Source: a virus
Taxonomy: Duplodnaviria; Caudoviricetes
Reading direction: 5' to 3' (one strand)
Virus record (IMG/VR): IMGVR_UViG_3300012952_000052
Coordinates: 1-35,734 of that record
Length of the DNA stretch: 35,734 nucleotides
The notes under the pieces: generated by a model
Told to the model about the DNA's origin: nothing
Databases searched by the model: none
What the model saw: only the letters and a program-made list of their open reading frames with translations
Made by a program: the position numbers and the translations under genes
Part shown: positions 8,065 through 16,979 of the stretch, piece by piece
Layout of the letters: every line of letters starts with the position of its first letter
Numbering within the stretch: the stretch's first letter is position 1

Positions 8065-9205
8065 ATCTAAAGCGGGTAGAGTATCCATGCAAGATCTGAT
8101 GGGTCTTGTAAATAAGAAGGCGGGACGAAACGTCGCGCATGATCTAACCGGCGATAATCCTACTGCCGTTAAAGAATGGATCCCTACAGGCTCGCGATGG
8201 CTTGATTCGATCATATGCAAAGGTCGAGTGGCCGGCATTCCAGTGGGCAAAGTTACCGAGATTGCAGGACTTGAATCTACAGGTAAGTCATACATGGCTG
8301 CACAAATAGCCGCTAACGCCCAGAAAATGAATAAGCTTATCGTTTATTTTGATTCTGAGTCTGCTATCGACCCTTCATTTTTGGAACGAGCAGGATGCGA
8401 TTTAGAGCGCCTTATGTACGTTCAAGCTAGTTCGGTGGAGTTTGTGTTGGAGACAATCGAAGAATTGCTTGGCGCTACCGATGATCAGCTAGTTTTTATT
8501 TGGGACTCGTTGGCATTTACTCCATCGATTTCTGATGTAGAGGGCGATTTCAATCCCCAATCTTCGATGGCTGTTAAGGCACGCATTCTTGCCAAGGGTA
8601 TGTCCAAACTGACTATTCCGCTAGCGGATAAGAAAGCAACCCTCATTGTTCTTAATCAGCTAAAGACAAATATCCCACAAGGACCTAATGCGCGAATTGT
8701 GGCCATGACCACGCCTTATATTACACCGGGTGGAAAGGCTATGCACTATTCGTATTCGCTTAGAATCTGGCTCACCGGACGTAAAGCAAAGTCTTCGTTT
8801 GTGACTGATGACAAGGGCTTTCGAATTGGATCGGAAGTTAAGGTGAAGCTGGAGAAATCCCGCTTCGGCACCCAGGGTCGGTCCTGTGCGTTTCGTATTC
8901 TGTGGGGTACAGAGGATATCGGGATCAACGATGAGGAGAGTTGGTTTGAAGCTATCAAAACCTCGGAATGCCTCACGTCGGCCGGCGCGTGGTACACGTT
9001 AAAGATGCCCGATGGGTATACTAAAAAGTTCCAACCGTCGAAGTGGACAGATTTAATTACATCTGATGATGAATTTAAAGCTAATGTCATACGTCTAATG
9101 GATGAAGAAGTTGTTCAGAAGTTTGATAAACGTGAAGGTTCCGCCGACACATTTTACACAGACCCAGACGACTTGCCACAAAAAGTGGCCCACCACCCCG
9201 TATAG
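8048..9205 (+). CDS. recA: RecA/UvsX recombinase
   Basis: IPTGS..LD, Walker A GLESTGKS, YFDSESAID, Walker B FIWDS, IVLNQLK, TPGGKAMHY. Confidence 0.93.
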   Translation: MARKAKSKAGRVSMQDLMGLVNKKAGRNVAHDLTGDNPTAVKEWIPTGSRWLDSIICKGRVAGIPVGKVTEIAGLESTGKSYMAAQIAANAQKMNKLIVYFDSESAIDPSFLERAGCDLERLMYVQASSVEFVLETIEELLGATDDQLVFIWDSLAFTPSISDVEGDFNPQSSMAVKARILAKGMSKLTIPLADKKATLIVLNQLKTNIPQGPNARIVAMTTPYITPGGKAMHYSYSLRIWLTGRKAKSSFVTDDKGFRIGSEVKVKLEKSRFGTQGRSCAFRILWGTEDIGINDEESWFEAIKTSECLTSAGAWYTLKMPDGYTKKFQPSKWTDLITSDDEFKANVIRLMDEEVVQKFDKREGSADTFYTDPDDLPQKVAHHPV

Positions 9206-9214
9206 GAGAAAAAC

Positions 9215-9484
9215 ATGACTAGTCTATTCGCACTACTTTTAATGGGAGCAGTTGATACTGCTGACGCTCATCCTCGACACGTCCACCGTCCGAGGCATCA
9301 CCATGCACAACGCCATCGTCCCGCACCGCCTCCGCGTCTGCGTGGTCATCAAGTACGTTGGCATCGCAACCATTGGGTATACACCCACAGCAACCCAAAC
9401 TTTATTTGGAGATGGGTGCCGGGCCACTATACTCGCCGCGGCGCATGGGTACCCGGATCATGGCAAGTAGTCATGCGATTTTAA
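9215..9484 (+). CDS. small secreted His/Arg/Pro-rich protein with WXXGXW-type repeats
   Basis: Hydrophobic signal peptide ending ADA, His/Arg-rich middle, and WRWVPGHY...AWVPGSW repeats; AGGAG RBS. Confidence 0.7.
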   Translation: MTSLFALLLMGAVDTADAHPRHVHRPRHHHAQRHRPAPPPRLRGHQVRWHRNHWVYTHSNPNFIWRWVPGHYTRRGAWVPGSWQVVMRF

Positions 9485-9496
9485 TTAAAAAACTGA

Positions 9497-9525
9497 TTGA
9501 CTTTACCCTCCGGATTGGTTATAAT
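9497..9525 (+). promoter_or_regulatory. sigma70 promoter TTGACT-17-TATAAT for uvsE
   Basis: -35 at 9497-9502, -10 at 9520-9525. Confidence 0.8.
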
Positions 9526-9553
9526 AAGATATAATCATGAAGGAGGGTTTTTC

Positions 9554-10489
9554 ATGCGTAACTATGGCTATGCCTGCATCAACATGGGGTTTTCTACTCG
9601 CCCCAAGTCGCAGCGTATCACAACTAACCGAACGATGATCAAACGCACGTTCCAAGAAAAAGGTATCGGATATGCTTCCGAACTAGCTCTACAAAATGTG
9701 CGAGATCTGTACAAGATTCTACATTGGAATCTGGAGAATGACATTTATTTCTATCGCCTGTCCTCGGATATCATTCCGTGGGCCAGCGAGTACGAGATGG
9801 AACAGCTTCCAGACTATGGGTTAATCCTAGCTGCATGCAAGAAAGCTGGTAATTTTGCCAAGCAGCACGGCATGCGTCTTACTTCTCACCCTGGACCATT
9901 CAACAAGCTAGCTTCACCCAAGGAGCGCGTATATCACTTGACAGCCACGGACCTGACGGTACACGCTGACTTGTTTGATATGATTGGGCTGCCTCGCACG
10001 CCATATGCTAAACTTAATATTCACGTCGGTGCTGCCTACGGCAACAAGCCGTTTGCTCTTGACAACTTCTGTCGTAACTTCGAACGGTTGCCTGAATCTG
10101 TGCGTTCTCGCCTTACAGTTGAGAACGATGATAAAGCATCGCTATACTCTACGCAAGAATTGTATGAAGGGGTTTACAAGCGCATTGGTATTCCGATTGT
10201 ATTTGACTACCATCACCACATGTTACACCCCGGCGGACTGTCCGAACAAGAAGCGCTTGAACTTGCTTTGTCTACGTGGGGCGATGTCAAGCCGGTTGTA
10301 CACTATGCAGAATCACGCTCCGTGGAACATAATAATCCAAAGATTAAACCACAAGCACACTCGGATATGATCCGTAATCCCTTCAATGACTACGGTCACG
10401 ATCTGGATGTTATGATTGAAGCTAAACACAAAGAACTTGCATTATTAGAATATCGTGTTATAATGAATAAACAAAGGATGGCAATATGA
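9554..10489 (+). CDS. uvsE: UV-damage endonuclease (UvsE/UVDE)
   Basis: GYACIN, FYRLSSDIIPWAS, RLTSHPGPF, NIHVG, RLTVENDD, PIVFDYHHH, VMIEAKHKE. Start placed at ATG 9554 after the AGGAGG RBS; the track's TTG 9497 is the -35 box. Confidence 0.93.
   Translation: MRNYGYACINMGFSTRPKSQRITTNRTMIKRTFQEKGIGYASELALQNVRDLYKILHWNLENDIYFYRLSSDIIPWASEYEMEQLPDYGLILAACKKAGNFAKQHGMRLTSHPGPFNKLASPKERVYHLTATDLTVHADLFDMIGLPRTPYAKLNIHVGAAYGNKPFALDNFCRNFERLPESVRSRLTVENDDKASLYSTQELYEGVYKRIGIPIVFDYHHHMLHPGGLSEQEALELALSTWGDVKPVVHYAESRSVEHNNPKIKPQAHSDMIRNPFNDYGHDLDVMIEAKHKELALLEYRVIMNKQRMAI
10437..10464 (+). promoter_or_regulatory. sigma70-type promoter TTGCAT-16-TATAAT with extended -10
   Basis: -35 at 10437-10442, TG at 10456-10457, -10 at 10459-10464. 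Confidence 0.55.
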
Positions 10490-11460
10490 AAAGACTACTA
10501 ATAATTGATGCGCTGAATGCGTACTTAAGGGCATATATTGTAGACCCTAGCTTGTCTACAAATGGGCAACCAATTGGAGGATTGAAGGGGTTCGTTAAAA
10601 TCCTTCAAAAGCTCGTCCGTGATACTAATCCGGATCAGATTGTGGTAGTTTGGGATGGTCCCAATGGATCCGCTAAACGGAAGAGCATGGACAAAAATTA
10701 CAAGGAGGGACGCAAACCTATCAGGCTTAATCGAGCATTTCACAATCTTACCGAAGACGAAGAACTACAGAATAAGATGTGGCAACAGAGCCGAGTGATT
10801 GAGTATTTTAATAATATGCCCATCATGCAGTTCATGATCCCCGAGATCGAAGCCGACGATATTATTGCGTACATTGCAGGGATGCCCTATTATAAAGGAT
10901 GGCAGAAGATTATTGTCTCCAATGATAAGGATTTCATGCAGGTGTGTAACGAGGAGACGATTCTTTTGCGGCCGACAGCCAAAGAGCTGTTAAACATGGA
11001 TCGAATCCTAGAAAATACAGGTGTTCATCCAACAAATATGGCGCTAGCAAGAGCCATTATTGGAGATGCATCGGACAACTTGCCGGGTGTCCGGGGGGTT
11101 GGCTTCAAGACTGTAAAAAGTCGCCTACCTTTTCTTAAAGAATCGCGCACATATACGATTGACGATGTAGTTGACTACTGTCAACAAGCCGAGAGCAAGT
11201 TAAAGTTTTATTCGAGTGTGGCTGAAAGTCGCAAGCTAATTGAGCATAACTACAAAATGATGCAGCTTTACGCACCACAGATGTCAGTACAATCTAAAAC
11301 TTATGTACAGGAATCTATAGAAAATTTTGAATGTGATTTCAACAAAACTGAGATTCTAAAAATGATGCGCAATGATGGATTTGGTGAGTTAAACTGGGAA
11401 GATTTGCGCACTGCCCTCAACCGAATTAGCAGGGAGTGTGTTGACAATGAAATGCAATAA
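10486..11460 (+). CDS. 5'-3' exonuclease / flap endonuclease (T4 RNase H, PolI 5'-exo family)
   Basis: LLIIDALN, VVVWDG, YKEGR, EADDIIA, IVSNDKDFMQ, GDASDNLPGVRGVGFKT. Confidence 0.93.
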   Translation: MKRLLIIDALNAYLRAYIVDPSLSTNGQPIGGLKGFVKILQKLVRDTNPDQIVVVWDGPNGSAKRKSMDKNYKEGRKPIRLNRAFHNLTEDEELQNKMWQQSRVIEYFNNMPIMQFMIPEIEADDIIAYIAGMPYYKGWQKIIVSNDKDFMQVCNEETILLRPTAKELLNMDRILENTGVHPTNMALARAIIGDASDNLPGVRGVGFKTVKSRLPFLKESRTYTIDDVVDYCQQAESKLKFYSSVAESRKLIEHNYKMMQLYAPQMSVQSKTYVQESIENFECDFNKTEILKMMRNDGFGELNWEDLRTALNRISRECVDNEMQ

Positions 11461-11474
11461 AATTTCGTTTGAGA

Positions 11475-11502
11475 TTGACTTTCGACAGCTGTGTGGTATA
11501 GT
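11475..11502 (+). promoter_or_regulatory. sigma70-type promoter TTGACT-16-TATAGT (extended -10) for the helicase
   Basis: -35 at 11475-11480, TG at 11494-11495, -10 at 11497-11502, intergenic. Confidence 0.6.
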
Positions 11503-11529
11503 TAATATACAGTCCGCCAGAGGTAGTAG

Positions 11530-12918
11530 ATGCTCGCAGAAAATGTAAATTTTGGAAGGTATGGCAAGACCTTCCAAGAGGGGCTAGTGCAGCTCATTTT
11601 TGAAGATAGAACGTTTGCCGATCAGATTACCGAAGTACTAAATATTGATTTTCTAGAATTAGAGTATCTTCAAGTTTTTGTTACTAAAGTAGTGAAGTAT
11701 CGAGCTAGATATGGAAAGCACCCGTCAGTAGACGTGATGGTTTCCATGATGCGCACTGAACTAGACAATGAAGACGAGGTGACACAAAAACAAGTCCGAG
11801 AATACTTCGCGCGCATTCACACCACTGAAATTAGCGGCGGTGATTATATTAAAGAAACGGCACTTGATTTTTGTAGAAAACAAAAACTTAAGGAAGCAAT
11901 GATGAAGTCCGTGGGACTTCTTCAAAGTTCGTCCTTTGATGAAATATCACAAGTAATTAATGATGCGCTCAAGCTTGGATCTGAGAATAATTTTGGTTAT
12001 GATTATATGGCTGATTTTGAAGCTCGATTTGTTCCCAAACATCGGAATCCCGTCACTACTGGTTGGTCAGACATCGATGTGATTATTGGGGGTGGTCTGG
12101 GTAAAAGCGAATTGGGAGTGGTTATTGCTCCCACAGGCGCTGGAAAGAGCATGCTCTTGGTACATCTGGGAGCTAGCGCTCTACAGGAAGGCAAGACGGT
12201 AGTGCACTATACGCTAGAGTTGCAAGATACTGTTATCGCTAATCGTTATGATAGCTGTATCACTGGATATCCCTTATCCGATATCACTAATTTTAAGGAA
12301 GAAGTTTACGAAGAAATTAAAGAGCTAGACGGAGCGCTCTACATAAAAGAGTATCCCACAAAGTCGGCCAGCACTAATACTATTCGCAACCATCTTTCGC
12401 GACTAGTCAAGCGCGGCATCAAGCCCGGGCTGGTGATTGTGGACTACGCGGATCTTTTAAAGCCCGTGACAGTAAGAAAAGAGAAGCGTTCTGAATTAGA
12501 GTCTATTTATGAGGAACTCCGCGCACTCTCCACAGAGTTTCAATGTCCAATCTGGACAGCTTCCCAGACCAATCGGTCAGGTTTGAGTGCCGAAGTTATT
12601 ACGATGGAACAGATTTCTGAAGCGTTCAATAAGTGTTTTGTTGCTGATTTCATTTTCTCGGTCTCTCGTACTATTGATGACAAACAAAATAATAAAGGCA
12701 AGATCTTTATTGCAAAAAACAGGAACGGCCCCGATGGAATGGTATATCCGATATTTATGGACACATCAAATGTTAAGATTAGAATATTGCCCCGAACGCA
12801 GCTCATCGCCCAACAAGGACAACAGCAGATTACTACTGCACCCGTGGCGCTGGATCCGAAAGCGCAGCAACAATTGTTAGCTGCCAAATACAACAAATTA
12901 AAAGGAAAACGCAAATGA
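11530..12918 (+). CDS. dnaB: replicative DNA helicase, DnaB/T4 gp41-like
   Basis: Walker A APTGAGKS, HYTLEL, IVDYADLL, IWTASQTNR, AKNRNGPDG. Confidence 0.92.
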   Translation: MLAENVNFGRYGKTFQEGLVQLIFEDRTFADQITEVLNIDFLELEYLQVFVTKVVKYRARYGKHPSVDVMVSMMRTELDNEDEVTQKQVREYFARIHTTEISGGDYIKETALDFCRKQKLKEAMMKSVGLLQSSSFDEISQVINDALKLGSENNFGYDYMADFEARFVPKHRNPVTTGWSDIDVIIGGGLGKSELGVVIAPTGAGKSMLLVHLGASALQEGKTVVHYTLELQDTVIANRYDSCITGYPLSDITNFKEEVYEEIKELDGALYIKEYPTKSASTNTIRNHLSRLVKRGIKPGLVIVDYADLLKPVTVRKEKRSELESIYEELRALSTEFQCPIWTASQTNRSGLSAEVITMEQISEAFNKCFVADFIFSVSRTIDDKQNNKGKIFIAKNRNGPDGMVYPIFMDTSNVKIRILPRTQLIAQQGQQQITTAPVALDPKAQQQLLAAKYNKLKGKRK

Positions 12919-14882
12919 GAACAATTGAGAATATCCGCCGATTTAGACTATCAGATACTTTTATTGAACCTTATAAAGAAAGCGCCGTACCCTGGGGACC
13001 GCTGGGATACGTTACTTTCAAAAGGACCTATTCACGCCGACTAGAAGAATTCGAACCCGGGATGTCGGGATCGGAAGAGTGGTGGCAAACCTGCCGGCGT
13101 GTGGTAGAGGGCATGTTCAACATGCAGAAGCAGCACGTATTCTTGTTGGGTCTTGAGTGGAATGATAACAAGGCTCAAAAGACGGCTAAAGAAGCCTATG
13201 ATCGTTTATTTAATTTGAAATGGACACCCCCCGGACGTGGACTCTGGATGATGGGTACCAAGTTTATTGAAGAGCGAACGGCGGCGGGATTGTTTAATTG
13301 CGCATTTCGTTCTACTCGCGATCTTTCTACCAAGGGGGGTTACCTCTTTGCATGGATGATGGATGCATTGATGCTCGGCATCGGCGTTGGATTCGACACA
13401 GAAGGCGCAGGAAGCCTCACCATCAAAGAGCCGCAGTATACCAACGATACATTAGTTATCGATGATTCGCGCGAAGGATGGGTTGATTCCGTCCATACAC
13501 TTTTAGATGGGTTCTTTTTCGGTAATAAGGTGCCTAAGTTCGATTACTCTGCTATTCGACCAGCTGGTGCTAAGATCGGAGGATTCGGCGGAACGTCGAG
13601 CGGGTATGGTCCACTTAAAGAGTTGCACGATAACCTCGTAGAATTGTTTTCCTCCAAAGTAGGAGAACCTATTTCCTCAGTGGATATTGTAGATACCGAA
13701 AATCTCATTGGACGCTGTGTGGTGTCGGGAAACGTGAGACGTTCGGCCGCCTTGGCTATGGGCGCCTACGATGATTTTAGATATTTGGAGATGAAGAACG
13801 ATTCTGAAAAATTAATGCACCACCGATGGGGTTCTAATAACTCATTTAACGCTAAGGTAGGGATGGACTATAGCTGGCATGCCCAGCAATCCCAAAAGAA
13901 TGGAGAGCCAGGATATATTTGGCTGGAGAATGCGCGCACCCGCGGCCGGTTTAAAGATGGCTTGCGATTTGATGATGTAAATGTAGCGGGATTCAATCCA
14001 TGTGTAGAACAGCAATTGGAAGACGCAGAACTATGCTGCTTGGTCGAAACGTTCCCAGCTAAGCATGAAAATCTGGAAGACTACTTGCGTACTTTAAAGA
14101 TCGCCTACCTGTACGGTAAAACTATTACGCTTTCCAACACGCATTGGCCCGAGACTAATGCGAAGATGCTCAAAAACCGACGCATCGGACTCTCACAATC
14201 AGGAGTAGTTCAGGCGTTTAACAAGTTCGGCCGCCGTACGGTATATGATTGGTGCGATAAGGCGTACGAATCCGTAGCTCAATTAGATGAGGAATATTCT
14301 AATTGGTTGTGCATCCCGAAATCTATTCGCACTACCTCTATTAAGCCTTCGGGTACTGTATCTCTCCTAAATGGTTCAACGCCGGGCATCCACTTCCCAG
14401 AGAGCGAGTATTATATTCGACGCATTCGGTTTGGTAGCGACTCTAGAGTGCTGCCAACATTGGAAGAGAGCGGCTACAAGATGGAAGAAGACAAGTATAC
14501 CCCCAATACTATTGTAGTAGAGTTTCCTGTACATGAGCCTTATTTTACAAAAGGGAAGAAAGATGTTAGTATATGGGAGCAATTGGAAATCGCCGCACAA
14601 TACCAACATTACTGGGCCGACAACTCAGTATCCGTGACTGTCACTTTCTCTGAAGAGGAATCTGATCAGATCAAATCAGCCTTGGAAATGTATGAAACGC
14701 GCTTGAAGGCTGTCTCATTCTTGCGTTATCAAGAGACAGGCTATGTGCAGGCTCCCTATGAGCCCATTACTAAAGAGCAATACGAAGAAATGAGCAAAAA
14801 TATTACTCCTATCAAACAGCTAATCGAAGTAGAAGAAGCTGCAGGTAGTAAGTTTTGCACCAACGATAGCTGTACTATATAA
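12915..14882 (+). CDS. nrdJ: class II (adenosylcobalamin-dependent) ribonucleotide reductase, monomeric RTPR type
   Basis: KRTYSR, PPGRGLW, NCAF, VVSGNVRRSA, catalytic NPCVEQ, TSIKPSGTVS, C-terminal redox pair CTNDSC. Confidence 0.92.
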   Translation: MRTIENIRRFRLSDTFIEPYKESAVPWGPLGYVTFKRTYSRRLEEFEPGMSGSEEWWQTCRRVVEGMFNMQKQHVFLLGLEWNDNKAQKTAKEAYDRLFNLKWTPPGRGLWMMGTKFIEERTAAGLFNCAFRSTRDLSTKGGYLFAWMMDALMLGIGVGFDTEGAGSLTIKEPQYTNDTLVIDDSREGWVDSVHTLLDGFFFGNKVPKFDYSAIRPAGAKIGGFGGTSSGYGPLKELHDNLVELFSSKVGEPISSVDIVDTENLIGRCVVSGNVRRSAALAMGAYDDFRYLEMKNDSEKLMHHRWGSNNSFNAKVGMDYSWHAQQSQKNGEPGYIWLENARTRGRFKDGLRFDDVNVAGFNPCVEQQLEDAELCCLVETFPAKHENLEDYLRTLKIAYLYGKTITLSNTHWPETNAKMLKNRRIGLSQSGVVQAFNKFGRRTVYDWCDKAYESVAQLDEEYSNWLCIPKSIRTTSIKPSGTVSLLNGSTPGIHFPESEYYIRRIRFGSDSRVLPTLEESGYKMEEDKYTPNTIVVEFPVHEPYFTKGKKDVSIWEQLEIAAQYQHYWADNSVSVTVTFSEEESDQIKSALEMYETRLKAVSFLRYQETGYVQAPYEPITKEQYEEMSKNITPIKQLIEVEEAAGSKFCTNDSCTI

Positions 14883-14904
14883 TCTAAACACAAGAGAGGA
14901 AATT

Positions 14905-15192
14905 TTGTTTAAACCAGTTAATAGATATATGCAAATAAATATACCAAAACCAAAGCCGCAAACGGCAAGCGGTCTTTTGCTCCCCGAAGATTACAAGCCA
15001 GCAGAAGAAAGGCACATAACAGCAGAAGTGGTTGCGTACGCTGCAGATGTGAGGTTTAAGGATCAGTTGGTGATGTGTGGCGGCAAAGGCGCATCTGTCA
15101 TCGTCGATAAGTCGATGATTGAAGAAATATCAGTAAATAATGAGAAAATAAACATTGTTCTTGATAATTATGTTGTGGGCATAATTAACTAA
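14905..15192 (+). CDS. groES: GroES-like co-chaperonin
   Basis: FKPVNRY..I....QTASGLLLP (mobile loop) ...AEVVA; 95 aa; ends with VVGII. Confidence 0.75.
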   Translation: MFKPVNRYMQINIPKPKPQTASGLLLPEDYKPAEERHITAEVVAYAADVRFKDQLVMCGGKGASVIVDKSMIEEISVNNEKINIVLDNYVVGIIN

Positions 15193-15205
15193 ACGGAACA
15201 AAGTA

Positions 15206-16123
15206 ATGACTATTGACAAGAACTTTTACAATGAAGCGTCAGCAGCTAAATTGGGGTGGGATCCAACATGGTTTGGAGAAAAATACTTCGATGATAAGTT
15301 AACGCGCGCCATTAAGAAATGGCAGAAAGAGAATCGCTTAGTCTCCGACGGACTCTGTGGTCCAGCCACATTTCGCCGGCTTTGGACTGCGCGCCAGTCC
15401 GATATTGACGATTATAAGCCCGAGGAATGTAAGTATTCTAACTATATCGTCCAGAATGGGAATTTCATTCCTATCAAGTGGGATAAGGTTGTGTTATGGT
15501 CCGAAAGCGGGGGGATGAAGGCTGAGGCTGGAAATTACTATGATTATACCGGTAGACCTCTACGCAAAATCAGATACTTTGTTAACCACTGGGATGTGTG
15601 TTTGAGTTCTCGCTCTTGTCAACGGGTTCTTGACAAGCGAGGTATTTCTGTGCATTTTCTTATCGACAATGATGGCACCATTTACCAGACTTTAGACATG
15701 CAACATGGCGCATGGCACGCGGGTTCCGAAAGAGCCAACCGTGCTTCCGTAGGAGTGGAGATCTCTAACGCCTATTATCTCAAATATCAAGATTGGTACG
15801 AGCGCAACGGCCATGGCACACGACCAATTGTCGAAGATGCCTGGGTGCATTCCACCAAGCTAGAGCCGTTTCTCGACTTCTATCCGGTACAAATTGAAGC
15901 CCTTAAGGCTCTATGGAAAGCCATCCACGAAGGAGTGGACATTCCTTATGAAGCGCCGTTAGGTCAGTTTGGCAACACTTCTACCAAATATGAACAGCAT
16001 GTAAAATACGGAGACTTTACGGGATTTGTTAGTCATTATCATGTAAGCAAGCGCAAGATTGACTGTGCGAATTTAGATCTCAAGAAACTACTGGATGAAT
16101 TAAAGAGCGATTGTGATTCTTAA
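15206..16123 (+). CDS. endolysin: peptidoglycan-binding domain plus N-acetylmuramoyl-L-alanine amidase (Amidase_2)
   Basis: AIKKWQ....VSDGLCGPAT (PG_binding_1); VNHWD, SVHFLIDNDGTIYQ, AWHAG..AN..SVGVEI, VSHYH...KIDC. Confidence 0.88.
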   Translation: MTIDKNFYNEASAAKLGWDPTWFGEKYFDDKLTRAIKKWQKENRLVSDGLCGPATFRRLWTARQSDIDDYKPEECKYSNYIVQNGNFIPIKWDKVVLWSESGGMKAEAGNYYDYTGRPLRKIRYFVNHWDVCLSSRSCQRVLDKRGISVHFLIDNDGTIYQTLDMQHGAWHAGSERANRASVGVEISNAYYLKYQDWYERNGHGTRPIVEDAWVHSTKLEPFLDFYPVQIEALKALWKAIHEGVDIPYEAPLGQFGNTSTKYEQHVKYGDFTGFVSHYHVSKRKIDCANLDLKKLLDELKSDCDS

Positions 16124-16979
16124 CTATGACGTGGTTGTAGTAGGCAATGATTTCGACGCAATACTTTACGCATTCACACATCAGTTGCCTCTTATTAACA
16201 CCGCCTTCCAGCGGCCTTTTCGGTTTGATTACTGCTCAGATCATTATGATTGGGGGTGCGTTAAACTTTCCAGCTGCTTAAGTCGAGAGGTAGTTACACA
16301 CGATCAAGTTTATCAGACCGGCATTCCTAAAGAACTTTTATGGGAACGCCTTCTTTTCCTGATGGGGCTCAATGGGCTGCTACCCGTTGGGGGCATAGAC
16401 ACGTCAATTCGGTGGCGGAATGACAATACTATCGTTGCTTCCGGTGAATATGCAAAAGTGGCCGAGATTACCTATGAAGAATGTCACATAATAAATCAAA
16501 AACCCCTTGAAAGCAGTAAGATAACATGTTATGATTGGATTGCTTTTAATCGTGGAGGTAAACATGAGATTGATCTCATTGAAACCGCTGACGAGTTTGT
16601 AAATCATATATGGTTTTATCCATCAGATCGTATCAGTGGCAATACCGGCGTGAAAGACGCTTGTGCTGTTTCGTACTTGACTGCTGAACAGATTCTTAGC
16701 TTTGATTACGCTGAAACAATGGCGCGCTTTAAGGTGGTCCACGAGATGAAAGCACGAGGAATGAAAGGATTATACAATGGTTTATCACCCACAGGCGTTC
16801 CTAAATATTACGACTTTAAAACTAGTTTTATTGCTCGCGACAGAAGCACGAAATTACAGCGCGCATTCACACCGCCCACGACGAAAAGTATTCAACATAA
16901 AATGGAAACAGAGGAGAATTTATTCGCATCTGTATCATCGGCTTGTGTGGGATACGATAGATTTCTAAAGCATTTATGA
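16113..16979 (+). CDS. hypothetical protein with a degenerate Rossmann/FAD-binding-like N-terminus
   Basis: YDVVVVGNDFDAILYA mimics 'YDVvVvGgG.aG...A' but lacks the later glycines. Confidence 0.55.
   Translation: MILNYDVVVVGNDFDAILYAFTHQLPLINTAFQRPFRFDYCSDHYDWGCVKLSSCLSREVVTHDQVYQTGIPKELLWERLLFLMGLNGLLPVGGIDTSIRWRNDNTIVASGEYAKVAEITYEECHIINQKPLESSKITCYDWIAFNRGGKHEIDLIETADEFVNHIWFYPSDRISGNTGVKDACAVSYLTAEQILSFDYAETMARFKVVHEMKARGMKGLYNGLSPTGVPKYYDFKTSFIARDRSTKLQRAFTPPTTKSIQHKMETEENLFASVSSACVGYDRFLKHL

Noticed and set aside
9497-9553. N-terminal extension of UvsE from TTG 9497
   Set aside because: That TTG is part of the -35 box; a strong AGGAGG precedes ATG 9554, where family similarity begins.
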